From Octopus vulgaris (Eukaryota), in assembly GCA_951406725.2 (NCBI GenBank), contig OX597831.1, positions 34,286,001 to 34,350,000 on the forward strand: DNA of 64,000 bases. Reading direction: 5' to 3'. Each line of letters starts with the position of its first letter. Positions within the stretch are counted from its first letter, which is position 1. The position numbers and the translations under genes were made by a program. Of the stretch, positions 14,490-29,193 are shown piece by piece. Under the pieces are notes generated by a model that saw nothing but the letters and a program-made list of their open reading frames with translations, was not told the DNA's origin and searched no databases.

Positions 14490-15148
14490 CTTGTATGTGT
14501 GTGTGTGTGTATATGTGTATATGTGTTTGTATGTATATGTGTATATATGTATATGCATATGTATGTGTAAATGTATGTGCTTATGTATGTGTATGTATGT
14601 ATAAAATATTATATAATTAGGGCTTAGGAAAATAAAATAAATTACTTTGCCACATACTAAACTTTCTAGAAATAGCAGCCAATAAAGTTTTTTAGCCTCT
14701 TCCACTACTTAGAGAATTTTTTTCCCTCTAACATTGTTTACTCAAAATAATAATGGTCCCTTTACATACTGAACACTTGATGAAATTGATTAATAACTAA
14801 TTAACTTTACCCTCCCTTGTTGATATATATATACATATGTATATGTGTACATGTATGTATATGTATATATATATATATATGTGTGTGTGTATGTGTGTAT
14901 GTATGTATTTGTATATGTGTGTGTGTATATGTATGTGTGCGCGTGTGTGTGTATGTATGTGTATGTATACTTGTATATGTATATGCATGAATGTATATAT
15001 ATGTGTGTGTATATGTGTATTATGTATGTATTTATATAGATATGTAGTTTATATATATATATGTATGTATATGCATCTGTCTGTGTGTGTGTATGTGTAT
15101 ATATGTGTATCATTTTTGCGTATGTATACATGTATATGTGTATATGTA

Positions 15149-15187
<39 letters not shown>

Positions 15188-15390
15188 GTGTATATATATG
15201 TATATATATATATATGCATACGTATGTGTATGTACATGTATATATGTATGTGTGTATATGTATATATGTTTATATATGTGAGTATGTAGTGATATAAGTA
15301 TATGCATGTGTATGTATGGGTATGTGTATCAGTGTATATGTATATATGTATGTGTGTGTATGTATATGTATGTATATGTGTATATATGTA

Positions 15391-15427
<37 letters not shown>

Positions 15428-15490
15428 GTGTATGTGTGTGTATGTATGTGTATGTGTATGTATGTGTATATATATCTATATATGTATATA

Positions 15491-15534
<44 letters not shown>

Positions 15535-16018
15535 TGCGTGTGTGTATGTATGCATATATGTATGTATGCATGTATATGTGTATGTATATATATGTGTGTA
15601 AGTGTGTGCATATATGTATTTGTAAGTATGTGTGCGCGTATGAGTATGTATGTACGCTTGCACACGTGTATATATATGTGTGTGTGTGTATATATATGGA
15701 TGCGCGTGCGTGTGTGCACGTGTATGGGTACGCATGTATATGTGTATGTGCGTGTATGCGTATACGTGTATGTATGTATGTGTGTGCGTAGATTTGTATA
15801 TGTATGTGTGAGTGTGTATATATATATATATATATATATACATATATATAGATGGGTGTGTGTATGCGTATAAATGCATGTAAGTATGGATGTATGGATG
15901 TATGTATACGTATGTATGTGTGTATGTGTGTATGTATATATATATGTGTGTATATATGTTTGTGTATGTATATATATGTGTATGTATGTGTGTGTATATG
16001 TATGTGTGTATGTGTATG

Positions 16019-16070
<52 letters not shown>

Positions 16071-16521
16071 TATGTATCTGTATGTAGGAGTATATATGTG
16101 TGTGTGTGTATGTATATGCGGGTATATATATATATACGTATATTTATTGGTGTATATGTATAGACTAGCCTCCTAAAGTGTAGACACGAATCTGTAGGTA
16201 CGAGTACGTATGTGTATATACGTGAACGTATGTAGATGTTTGTATGTATGAATATAACGCGTGCGTACGTGTATGTGTATGAGTGTACGAATGGGTGAAT
16301 GTACGTGCTAATGAGTGTGCGTGCGGGAATGAGTACTTGCCTTCTAGTAGACAGACAAATGGACATGCAGCCATTGCCAGGATTCTTAGCCCTAGCGATC
16401 AAAGATAACAAAAGTAATAAATGAAGATAATAAAATTAAAATTAGGGAATGGGCCTGTATTGGATTGTATATATATATATGTATATGTATATTTGTATGT
16501 ATGTATGTGTGTATGTGTAGG

Positions 16522-16562
<41 letters not shown>

Positions 16563-16810
16563 ATATATATGTGTATGTATGTATGTGTGTGTAGATACGT
16601 ATACATGTGTGTATAGGTATAAGTGAGAATCTCCTTATTTACCTATAACTCTATCCCCCCCTTTTTTTATATATATATATTTTTTTATATATATATTTTA
16701 TATATATATTTTTTTATATATATTTTTTATATTTTTTATTTTTTTATTTTTTTATTTTATTTTATTTTATTTTTTTATTTTTTATTTATTTTTTTATTTT
16801 TTTATTTATC
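14310..16810. repeat. Long degenerate (TA/TG)n microsatellite field
   Basis: Alternating purine-pyrimidine repeats. Source of many spurious ORFs; similar tracts occur throughout the window. Confidence 0.95.
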
Positions 16811-16955
16811 TATTCTTTCATCTAACTTACCACTGACTCCTTGACCACTCCCCCAAGTATGATATTTTGCGCTATGCCTACCCCCAAAAAGTCCCCCACC
16901 ACCACTCCTTTAAACCTGCCTAAATGTATAAATGCTAATACAATTCTTGTTAAAT

Positions 16956-17006
16956 AGCTTCCTGAAGATTTCTCTTGAATGAAACAGTACTAGTCCTGTA
17001 GAAGCT
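16956..17006 (+). ncRNA. Minimal type I hammerhead ribozyme at the 3' end of the Penelope-like element
   Basis: agcttc-CTGAAGA-t ttc tctt gaa t-GAAA-cag tactagtc ctg-TA-gaagct: 6-bp stem I, intact core, palindromic actagt in loop III. Confidence 0.8.
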
Positions 17007-17017
17007 CCTTCTATATA

Positions 17018-17052
<35 letters not shown>

Positions 17053-17447
17053 CAAAATGTGTATATATATGTAGATATATATATATCACCGTGACCAACC
17101 AGGCTATCAGATGTTGCTATACATCGCTGGTCACAATGCGCTTCGCATTGTTTTTAGCCTTCAGATGACGCCACCCCGCGTGTGTGTATATATATATATA
17201 TGTGTGTGTGTGCGTGTGTGTGTGTGTGTGTATGTGTGTATGTATATATGAATGTACGTATAACTTCAAGAGAGAAATCCAATTAGATTCCTTTATAATT
17301 TTTCGGATATACAAGGGAGGCATGTCGCAGCATTAAAGCTGATATTTAAAGATCCATAAACAAATAGACAACTATCTCCATATTGAAATTATTTCGAGGA
17401 AAGAATTTTGAATCCAGTAATATATGTGTATGTGTGTATATATGTAC

Positions 17448-17497
<50 letters not shown>

Positions 17498-17550
17498 GTA
17501 TATGTATATACATGTATATATATTATATATATATAATATTTATATATATA

Positions 17551-17591
<41 letters not shown>

Positions 17592-17803
17592 TGTGCATAC
17601 ATATGTATATATGTTTTGTATGTATATATATATATGTATGCATATGTATGTGTGTATATATATATGCATGAATGCAAATGTCAAATATGTCTATCCATAT
17701 ATTTATATATATGCGTGTGTGTGTTACTTTTGTGATAATACAGTTTAATTGTGCATTGACGTTTAAACGAAAACACTAGAGAATCTATCTACCTATCTAT
17801 CTG

Positions 17804-17840
<37 letters not shown>

Positions 17841-19530
17841 TTATCTATCATTCGCCCTCTCTCCTTCTTTCTCTCTCTCTCTCTCTACACACACACACAT
17901 TCACACACAGCGTATATATATGGCCGCTCTCAAATGACTGAAACAAATAAAAGAATAAAAAATATATACAAGCGTGCGCGTACACACAACACATTAGCGC
18001 GCGCGCACACACACACACACATACTCACACTCACACACACACTCACACTCACATGCAAAAACACACACAGAAAAGCGAATATCTGTACGTGTGTATACCT
18101 CTATGTATGTACATATGCGTATAAATATACATACATTTAAACAAATAATTAGATTCAATTTTCATTTCCCAGTGAAATCTCAACATGTCTGTAACTTTTG
18201 CATCTGTGTGGAAATTTATGCATTTGTAATAACCGCAATTTCAATGTTACATAATGTTTCTTTTACAAATCTTCACATTTACATCAGAATATATGCGTGT
18301 GTGCATGTGTGTGTGAGTATGTTTGTGTGAAAATGTGTGTATGTGTGTATATTTGTGTTCGTGTGTATATGTCTATGTGCTGTGTATATAATTATAATAT
18401 ATATGCAACACATGTCCGTATATGCGTATACACACACACACACACATACACACACAAGCACACATATATAAACGGATATACACGAACATATATATGTATC
18501 TTTGTATACTTCTATTCTTTTACGTGTTTCAGCATTACGGCTGCGCCATGCTGGGGCATCGCCAGTAACATGGTGCATGTATGTGTACACATATACGCAT
18601 ACATACTAACATATATACACAGGTATGAATAAATATTTCCTGAACGAACCAGTAAGCTTTTGTGCGTGGAAGTTCAGTGCAGTGACTAAGATAAGCTCCA
18701 TCTTCCAATGTATTTGCCTGGTATATCACCAGAACCGAATCGTTGATTCGGGTACGTGATGCTGATAAACCACAAAAATGGCCAAACATCGATGTACATC
18801 GCTCCTGAAAGGTATTTAGTCTGAGCTGTCTCGTATGCCCATGACTTGAGTGAGTAATTTCCACCACGCCATCATATATACATATATACCTTTGTATACA
18901 TATAGACATATATATATATGCATATATACATATATACAAATATATATGCATATATACATATGTATATAAATATATACATACATATATATATATGTATATA
19001 TATATTTACATATGTGTATATACATGTATATATATATACATATATACATATATATATGTGTATATATATATATTTACATATATATACATATATATATACA
19101 TATATATATAGCGACATATATATATATATATATATATATACATTTATACTTATAACACACATACACACATATATATATATATTACGACGTATATGATATA
19201 TATATATATATATATATATATACAGTGTATATATATACAGTATATATGTATATATATACAGTATATATATACAGTATATATATACAGTATATATATATAT
19301 ATATATACATATATATATACAGTATATATATATATATATATATATATAATAATAATAAATATTAGGGAATAAATCCAAATTTACAGGGAAAAAAATCAGA
19401 TTTAGGATTAAATCCAATTTTATAGTAAAATATTATAAAATATTATTAGAGACAAAACCACTATTTTGCAAAACAAACAAGGAAAGACTTAATCAATACA
19501 TAAAATTTTAATAAATAGTCAAAAAAACCG

Positions 19531-19573
19531 CCACTACAATTGTTTCTTGTCTTGATCGACAATCTTCAGGTGG
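19531..19573 (-). ncRNA. Minimal type I hammerhead ribozyme (left arm of palindrome)
   Basis: Exact reverse complement of 19620-19662. Confidence 0.88.
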
Positions 19574-19619
19574 ACTTCCAATAAGTCAGTTTCAAATTTG
19601 AAACTGACTTATTGGAAGT

Positions 19620-19662
19620 CCACCTGAAGATTGTCGATCAAGACAAGAAACAATTGTAGTGG
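19620..19662 (+). ncRNA. Minimal type I hammerhead ribozyme (right arm of palindrome)
   Basis: ccac-CTGAAGA-ttgtc gatcaa gacaa-GAAA-caattg-TA-gtgg. Perfect stems I and II and palindromic stem III. Confidence 0.88.
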
Positions 19663-19749
19663 CGGTTTTTTGACTATTTATTAAAATTTTATGTATTGAT
19701 TAAGTCTTTCCTTGTTTGTTTTGCAAAATAGTGGTTTTGTCTCTAATAA

Positions 19750-19798
<49 letters not shown>

Positions 19799-20252
19799 CA
19801 AATAAGTAACTAGGATGTGAATGTATTAATGCAATGCGCCGTTACAGGCGATTCCGCTTAATCGAACAATACAAGCATTACATCTTCAGTTGCAAAAATG
19901 TGAATTTTCACAAAGACAAGATATTCTAATATAATTTTTAGCAAACATTTCATCGGAGCTACAGAATGAAAAAATACCATGTTTCAGCAGAAATAAACGA
20001 AGAGAGAAAACTACAATTTTGGGGTGGTTGAAATGGATCACAGTGGGTGTGTGGGTGGGGGAGTCATGGGATTTGTAATTCATTTCCAATTTTTAACTAT
20101 CCCATCATCATCATCATCATCATCAAAATAATACTTGGCATTATTACCTTGATATCCTTGTTGCTTATTTGACTTTTATTCACCATCGAGCTGTTCGAAA
20201 ATACCGGACTGACTTGATCCCTCAACTTAAGTAGCCAACTCAACTAAACTTT

Positions 20253-20454
<202 letters not shown>

Positions 20455-20464
20455 TATATAATAT

Positions 20465-20511
<47 letters not shown>

Positions 20512-20532
20512 TATATAATATAGATATATGTA

Positions 20533-20579
<47 letters not shown>

Positions 20580-20833
20580 TATATATAATTATATATAATC
20601 AGGTCGCTGGTCTATGAGCAAAAAAAGAACTGAGAAGAAAAGAACTGGAAGTAGACAGTTGCCAAAAAACAAAGAGAAAGATCTTCGTCCTCGTTGTAGA
20701 GTCATAAAGATTTGTGTGTGAATTTGTGTGTGAGTATTTAATGAGAACGCGTGAGAATTATACGTACATATGTGTTACTGACTATTTGTATTTCACCTTG
20801 TAACATTTTATCTTCGCATATCGTTTATTACAG

Positions 20834-20969
20834 AAAAGCTGTGAAAGCAGCCATTGTTCTCCTGCCTCTCCTTGGGATCACCTATGTTATCTTTATAATG
20901 CAGCCAGACGACAGCACACCGTATGGAGCGGCTTTCATATACATTGATACAGTTCTGCAATCATTCCAG
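20834..20969 (+). CDS. Class B1 GPCR exon: TM6-ECL3-TM7 (R-KAVKAAIVLLPLLGITYVIFIMQPDDSTPYGAAFIYIDTVLQSFQ)
   Basis: ttattacAG acceptor and GTAAC donor; 136 nt, phase-compatible with both neighbours. Carries the hallmark LLPLLG and SFQ motifs. Confidence 0.95.
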
Positions 20970-21389
20970 GTAACAGGCGCTAATTTTTCCTGCATGACAT
21001 TTCCAGCTGAGCAACTCAAATTTATTATGATGACAACACAATCTTTAAGCAGAAACAGGAATGTAGTTTTCTCCTGGCGGAAATCACTATGCATGCTATA
21101 ATCCATTAAATTTACATCTTCTATTGAGTTTATCGTTGTCGTTGCAGTTTTTGAAAAGTAGTTCATGTTCAAGCAATTTGGAGAGCATATATATATATAT
21201 ATGTACACACATATATTTATACATAAATGCATACATATACTTACTTACACACACTCACACGCACACACACAAATGTACATCTATGTATGAAAATTTGTTA
21301 CCAAACTTTCCTGTATTCCCAAACTATCGCAGTTTAACAGTAGATTAGTAGTTTGATATAGCTATGTTGCTTCTTTTGTAATTTTTCCT

Positions 21390-22201
21390 GCACACGATCA
21401 ATTTCCTGACAATAAGATTTTGCTGTTACAGTTTTCCCTTGTGGCAAAACTGAATAATGAATGACCCTCTTTGTTCACCACCATGCAGTCACCATCAAAG
21501 TTTTAGGCTGCAATTGTTATTATGGGTGGTGTTTTGGTGACTCTCCTGCATCTAACCATTGTCCTGTTCTGCTGTTATCAAATAGTATCTATTTTTCATC
21601 ACACGCAGTGAGCCAATAACAAAAATGGTTCTCTTTCCACCCAAGAAACCAACATGGAACACACTGTAAGGCGTGTGTTTCTTTGAATCCCTTCGAACTT
21701 ATCCATCTTTTTTACTTTTCCAATTTTCTTCAAGTGTCGAGAAGCAATTGCGGGAGATGTTTGAAGCTCTTATCAAATTTTTTGGACAGTTGTTCTCCGA
21801 TTTCGTCAAACTAAAACATTCAATTCATCATGCCGAATAACTGATTTTGGTCTTACTCTAGGTTCATTTTTAAGGCTTTCATTGTCTGAACGCAAATCTT
21901 TGGAACCAACTCTGAACAGTTCTAATGTGGACAGAATCATTACCAAAAGCTCGCTTGATGTTTCGTAGGGCTTCGGTGGCAGAGTGACCCAGCTTATATT
22001 CGTACAAGAAAATCACTCGGTAGTGTTCAGTTGTCGACATTGTTATAAGAGCTGCGGGTAGCAATTTTGAATCATAGTATTGTCTAGAAAGAAAAAGAGT
22101 TAAGAATAAACACAAGGATATCCATAGAAACTCATTAAAAATCCATTCATAGATGACTCATAAGAAACCCATTTAAACCCTTTTCATGTGAGACAACCTA
22201 A
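21390..22201 (-). mobile_element. Mariner transposon relic (5' half)
   Basis: TIR ttaggttgtctcacatgaaaag ending at 22201 next to TA. MSTTEHYRVIFLYEYKLGHSATEALRNIKRAFGNDSVHIRTVQSWFQRF, continuing with stops to HLKKIGKVKKMDK. Confidence 0.85.
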
Positions 22202-22264
22202 TATATATATATATAATATTATATCATATTATATTATATAATATTATATCATATTATATTATAT

Positions 22265-22907
<643 letters not shown>

Positions 22908-23471
22908 GTTGACCTTGGCAGAATTTGAACACAGAACGTTAAAACAAAATGCTGATGACGATTCTGCCAGCTCACCACCTCGTAGTCTTAGATATTAAAA
23001 AAAAGAATTGTAGATTATTAACGGTAGAATGATTTGGATTATATGTCCGCTCTCAAACAGCCGGACCAGAGTTAAATAGCAATAAAGGCACAACCACCAA
23101 CACCACCACCACTAACAACAACAACAACAACCGATATATGTGTTGTATATCTTCAAGTAACCTACTTGTTCGTGCTAGCATCAAACTGGATTTGATTGAA
23201 CAGATCTATGTCCAACGATATCTCACCCTGACGAGCCCACGTTTGATTTCAAATACATGACATTGTCGAAGGTGTCATTTGTATCTAAAGCTGTAAGGTG
23301 GGATTTGACTACTGTTTCTAGTAGTCTGAGCGACCAAAATAGAAGTTTCCAACGTCCCGAAATTGACACATTGTCTTCAGTTCAGTCATTCGTATTTTAA
23401 ATTTTTAGCAAAAGCATCTTAAAGAGTTACTTTATTCATGTGTTTATTTGTCTGTTTGCTATTTTCAACAG

Positions 23472-23513
23472 GGACTCCTGGTCGCATTATTCTACTGCTT
23501 TCTGAACGGTGAG
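23472..23513 (+). CDS. Class B1 GPCR 42-nt TM7 exon (GLLVALFYCFLNGE)
   Basis: ttttcaacAG acceptor and GTAAG donor. This is the conserved 14-codon secretin-family exon G.FV..FYCFLN.E. Confidence 0.95.
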
Positions 23514-23666
23514 GTAAGTATATACTTCTATAATAGTGGCGGCGGTAGCGGTGGCAAGGATGGTGATGTTTGCGCTAATAGTTGGTAGATTAATGTTAAG
23601 TCACGTGATTGATTGAATCATAATGGAACCATTGACGACATGGTATGCATGAATTTATGTATGTAT

Positions 23667-23714
<48 letters not shown>

Positions 23715-26700
23715 TCAAGTAAAGGTTATAAACCTCATTAAGGGATAATAAATCCAATAAAAATACTGGTTAGTTTCCAATCAATAGAAAGTTTAACAAT
23801 AAGGTAACCATATACACACATTCATATGTATGTATATGTATATCTATTTGTATGTGTACCTGGCAATAGATATCTTCCTTCCTTTGTACTGAGAGGTGAA
23901 AATATTCAAATTGGTTTTTAGGGTGGAATTTGAGTGTGAATAAATGAATGTATGACAATTGAATAGGTGAACGTGTGACATATTTTAAGTGTTTTTTCTT
24001 GCCAACCAATCGAATATCATTGTTTAATCATAATTACAAAGATTTACGAAATATCGTTTCTTATATTTTTTTCACGCTACTTCTTTTCGACATTTTACAA
24101 ATTCTCCAGATGATACGCTGAGTAACGATTCAAGAAATCTTATATTTTAATAAAACATTCATTTGCGTGCATGCGTGTGTATATGTGTGTGCGTGTGTAT
24201 GCATGTGAGTCTGGAGCGGGGTGGCTTTGTCTCAACGTGGTTCTATGAAAAAAGGAACATTTCAGACAAAGTGTAAATTGTTCGTATAGTAATGATTAGA
24301 ATTAAAGTTTTTGATGTTTCTTTCCTCTTAAGATGTTTACGATTACAATGTCTAGTTTTGCTTCGCAGCCTTAGATTACTTTTATGGTATTTCTATTCTA
24401 GTCGGCAATAAAGTACATCTTCATTAGCGTTCGAAATGGGACATTAATAAAATACACATAGCGAATGCGTTACAAGGAGCATGTGTGTGTGTGTGTGTGT
24501 GTGTGTCTGTGGTGGATGTGGTGGTTAAACGTACTCATATAAATCTATTTTAAACGATATAGTCTCTGTGGAAACCTTTCCAACACCGTTGTTCAAAGTG
24601 AAAAATTTTCTTCAGTAGAACTGAGAGATATTTCTTTTCATACAGTAACAATGAAAATTAACAAAGAATAGTTATATTCCCTCTTCAAATTGCTGTTAGC
24701 AGCCAACTTAAATCAATCAATACTGTAATTTTAATTAAGATTAATTAATCTTTAGAAAGTCATATAAGTCCACAGAGGATTAACTGGTGAAGACTTCAAT
24801 GCCAGATGTCTCGAATGTTCACCACTGGTACACAAGAACTTAATTTTTGTTCGGCTTTCATTCAGTTTTTGGCTTCGTCAATAGTTTTCCTTTCTTTCTT
24901 TCTTTCTTTCTTTCTTTCTGTCTGTCTCTCTTTCTTTCTTTCTTTCTTTCTTTCTGTCTCTCTTTCTTTCTTTCTTTCTGTCTCTCTTTCTCTTCCTCTT
25001 CCTCTCAAATCATTTTTTACTCTCACATTCTATATTTTAATAAATCCATTTTCTTCTGCATCTTCCTCTTGTTTCGTTCTCTTTTAATCTTTTGTCTTTT
25101 CATTCATTACGTCACATTTTCTCCCAATTTCTATCTCCCTCTTCTCTTTTCCCGCACACATGCTCGCACAAATATGTACATAAATACATACACACATATG
25201 CATGTATATATATATATATGTGTGTGTTTACACACACATATATATATACATAAATACAAATTATAAAAATAATAGAAAATATACAGTACAGTACCGTTTC
25301 TACTTTGCGGATTTTCAGCTGTTGCGAAGGTTCTGGAACGTAACAATCGCAATAGTCGAGGGATTACTGTATATGTATATGTTTATTGAACACAGAAACA
25401 CACGCGCGCACGCACACACATTGTTGTATAGTGAAACTGTATACCCCTACCGTTAAAAAAGTGGTAGGATCAGCCATTATAAATAGACCGGTCGTCAATA
25501 GAGGGTCGAGAGTCAAAGAGTTGAGAGTCGGCAGTTCTAGTCGTTCTCCTGTGGAGCTATCAGCGATAGTAATATGGATGTTAGTGTATTACTATTCTGG
25601 TACGAAGAGATACAATGGTATCCGATGACTAGTAACTATTGTAGCTACTAGTGTAAAACAGCAACTACAGTACACCGGCAGTCACACATTACAATAGTGG
25701 GAGGAACCCACTTTATATATACATATATATATACACATATACATATGCATACACATACTCACAAACTCATATCTATGTATGCATGTATATATGTATGTAA
25801 TGTATGTATGTATGTATCTTGTTATTTTTTAACAATATCCAGTGGGCACTTACTTTTAAGACAGTAGACTTTGATCTGCGGGATATTTCACCATTATTTC
25901 TAGAACGCCGAGCGTTCACGCTTATTTTCTTCCGTCTCACGTAGGTTTATATTGTCATTGAATACTGTTTATCTAATCATAGGTCGGAAATAACAGAGCA
26001 GATCTACATCACATGCGTTCCACCTATGACCATCTCACCTTCCATTCAAATATGCCTGAAAGAATACATTATTTTCTTTTGTTTCTTTTGGTTTGGTCAC
26101 AAGAAACGAGATCTTCCGTTGACTTTGCAGTCCTTCCGGCTCAAATTGTTATTACTTTTGGCTGTTATTTTGAGCAACTTAAGAGTATTATCGTTCTCAG
26201 ATATATTTTCTCTGCATAAACTGTAACGTTTCGTGTGGACAGAATTACTTCCATTGAACGGTTGCTTTTGGTGAAAAAGTCATTTTAGTTTAGCTACTTA
26301 GAGAAACTGTCAAAGAGCATTGTTTCCATGACAACTTGTCACAGAGAACGATACATCTCTAAGACAACTAATAGTTATTATTACGTAATTGTCACATCAG
26401 ACAGTCAAACTAACAGATAACTAACATTTTACATCATATAAGATTATAACTTACAACGTGTTATAGCGTGATTTCTAAGAAATAGTTATTTTTGCAGTTG
26501 ATTGATCACTGATCATTCGTCATCAAATAGATCTGAGGGTAACTCTTTGTTTGCCCTGTATATATCCTGAGTATCACATGTGAGACACAGCACATACTTC
26601 CCTAGCTTCCATGCATCATGTATAATACAGATTCCCGATATTTTTCAACTAATAGAGTATCTTGGGGCCTATAAAAGGAAAGTTTTATATTATTCAGAAC

Positions 26701-27372
26701 GTATGATACAATGGCTAACTAAAAAGTCTGAAAGCAAGTAGAAAATTACTATTTTTGAAAATCTCACAACGAGAGATATTCAGCCACAGTACTTTGGAGT
26801 AAATATTTTACTCCAAAGTAGGGACGTTTTGGCTAAACTTATAAAAATGATTTCGACCTAAAGCATTTCATCTACGGCCGTTTCATCGTATTTTTTCCCG
26901 GTCATGGCGTATCCAAATGGTTCTTCATCTTGTTAGCAATGCTAAACTGAGATTTGAGGAAGATTTACCGGCTATTTCTAGGAAAGAGAATGACTACACC
27001 GAAGCTCCTTTATTGGCTTCTAGTAATATTGATGGGAACCATTTGTCCCTTGGTCTACACTGATAAGACAGAACTTTGACCAAGATGATTGAAGACATGC
27101 TCATCGTGAGCCCAGATCTTTTAAAAATATAATGTGATTAGGATTACATAATCTATTGTCTTTACTAAAAGAGGGTTGGAAATAATTTGAGTAAGATTTT
27201 GATGATATTTCTGTCTAGTAAAATGAATGTGTCTGGCCGCCCGAGTGTTGGCTCGTGTTTGTTGCTAACCCAGGATAGACTTGATGAAACAGACCTATGA
27301 TTAGAGACAATCCATATATAGCCATCTCACCTTTTGCCAGTCATGGTCAATTAAATACTTCATTATCCAATG

Positions 27373-27419
<47 letters not shown>

Positions 27420-27421
<2 letters not shown>

Positions 27422-27972
27422 GAGCAAAACGCCCCCCGTCCAATGGACGGTGCTGAGTTGTCAAAGATTTAAACCAAATTTTCTCAAAACAACTTGTCCG
27501 ACCGTCCCATAGGCCTCACCTTTGAGAAAAACTGATTTAACCTAAATTTGAGGCACCAGCAAAAGAAGAAACAAAGATAGACTTTTTGCTATTCTAAAGA
27601 AAAACGATTTTATTCACACAAATATGCAACCGAAGAGTTTAAAGTACCAATAAATGGTAAGGCTGTTGACTGGGAGAACACAAACATGGTTTAAACAGTA
27701 AGCTTGGCAGGAAATAAATGTCCCTTTAAGCAGTACAAAAACAACAAAAAATGGAAGGTGCAATTATGTACAGGTTGACGGAAAAAAAGCAAGACAAAAA
27801 CGGCTTTATCGATCGCATTCTTACATGGAATCGATTTTTGTAATTTTTTCATGACTTATACACGCCCTGATACCGTCGGTATCTATATATCAAATTTGAG
27901 TGCAATCGGATGGAGGATGCCCGAGAGTCTAGAAGACACAGACAGACAGGCAGAACGGATTTTATATTATAT
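27420..27972 (-). mobile_element. Non-autonomous Helitron-like element
   Basis: Minus strand begins atataatataaaatccgttctgcctgtctgtctg and ends with hairpin ccgtcc-att-ggacgg followed by CTCG|T. Its 5' end abuts the mariner. Confidence 0.6.
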
Positions 27973-27975
27973 ATA

Positions 27976-29152
27976 TTAGGTCGTCAAGTATGAAATTTGT
28001 AGAAAGTAAAAAAGTTTGCTAATGTTTTATAAATACAATGAATAGTGTTATTCATCAAAGTATGCACCCATATTGTCAACACACTTTTGCCATTTTAGCG
28101 GTAGCTTGTCCAGTCCGGAACTGAAAAAGCCTGGCAATCTAGAGTCAATACAATCTTGAAACGCCTGTTTTACAACATCGTCGGAATTTTTTTTTTTTCC
28201 TATCAAAAAATTATCCAAATTCTGGAAGAAGTGGTAGTCAGTGAGGGCAAGATCAGGTGAGTATGGTGTATGACGGAGAACTTCCAACTCCAACTCCCAT
28301 AGTTTCGCCAATGTAATTTTTGCAATGTGTGATCTGGCGTTGTCTTGCAATAAAATAGGAGTGGATCTGTTGATTAATCTTGGCTGTTTCTGCATCATTT
28401 GATCCAGTTGGCTGCAGTATACTTCGGCCGTGATTGATGATCCAGGTTTAATGAAATCATAATGGATAACACCTGCGCCAGACCACAAAACACACACCAT
28501 CAATTTCTTTTGATGAATTTTGCTTTTTGGACTGTGTTTTGGTAGCCCATCTTTGTCCAACTAATGTGCGGAACGTTTGCGGTTATTGTTTTGGATACAT
28601 TTCTAAACACATATTACAATTCGATTTAAAAGTGATTTATTTTTATGACGATAAAGTAGCATAATGCAGGCTTCTGATTTTCAGTGAATTCATGTGGAAC
28701 CCACTTATCCAACTTTTTTACTTTACCGATTTGAACTAGGTGATTCAATATTGTTTGCTTGCTTACACCAAACAATAACGATAATTCACGGGCACTTTGA
28801 GATGGATCTGACTCGACGGTGGCTTTCAATTCGTCATTATCTACCTTTGTTTCGGGTCGACCGCGTTGCTCATTTGTGAGGTCAGAGTTACCAGAACGAA
28901 ATTTTGCAAACCAATTTGATACTGTCTGCTGTGTGATACCATTAGAATAAAATACTTATCCATCTCTAAACAAAAATAGAAAAAATGATTTATAAATATG
29001 TTACAAAAGGCAAAATGAGTTAGAATAAAGAAATAGATGTGTCAGGTTTCTAACAAAAAATAAAGATTGTCAAACTATAATAATGGCGCAAAATGAGCAG
29101 CTGTCAAAATTTACCATATGCCTTACTACAAATTTCATATTTGACGACATAC
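27976..29152 (-). mobile_element. Mariner (DD34D) DNA transposon, full TIR-to-TIR, defective
   Basis: TIRs ttaggtcgtcaagtatgaaatttgtag / ctacaaatttcatatttgacgacatac in TA context. Transposase fragments KLDKWVPHE, LLQDNARSH, HTPYSPDLALTDYHFF, KWQKCVDNMGAYF. Confidence 0.93.
28048..28925 (-). pseudogene. Mariner transposase pseudogene (frameshifted, N-terminal deletion)
   Basis: ORF fragments 28626-28829 (HTH-WVPHE) and 28048-28560 (catalytic domain) are in different frames. Confidence 0.9.
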
Positions 29153-29161
29153 ATACATATG

Positions 29162-29193
<32 letters not shown>

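Larger units (their letters stand above)
12692..17020 (+). mobile_element. Penelope-like retroelement (Naiad-type), 5'-truncated, with microsatellite-expanded 3' region ending in a hammerhead-bearing terminal repeat
   Basis: RT+GIY-YIG ORF to 14208, then islands of non-repetitive sequence (14210-14300, 14610-14820, 16165-16460, 16620-17010) between TA/TG repeats, and an HHR at 16956-17006 before (TA)n. The 3' extent is inferred. Confidence 0.75.
19436..19757. repeat. Spacer-less palindrome, ~160-bp arms
   Basis: Centre ttcaaa|tttgaa at 19596/19597. Confidence 0.92.

Noticed and set aside
25945-26226. Open frames after AG acceptors as the GPCR terminal exon
   Set aside because: No helix 8-like V(R/Q)..(K/R)..W motif; unsupported, so kept only as an open question.
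26790-26820. Perfect 14-bp hairpin (tactttggagtaaa/tttactccaaagta); similar small hairpins at 31210-31252 and 39641-39709
   Set aside because: Small local inversions in a eukaryotic AT-rich context; no basis for calling terminators or miRNAs.
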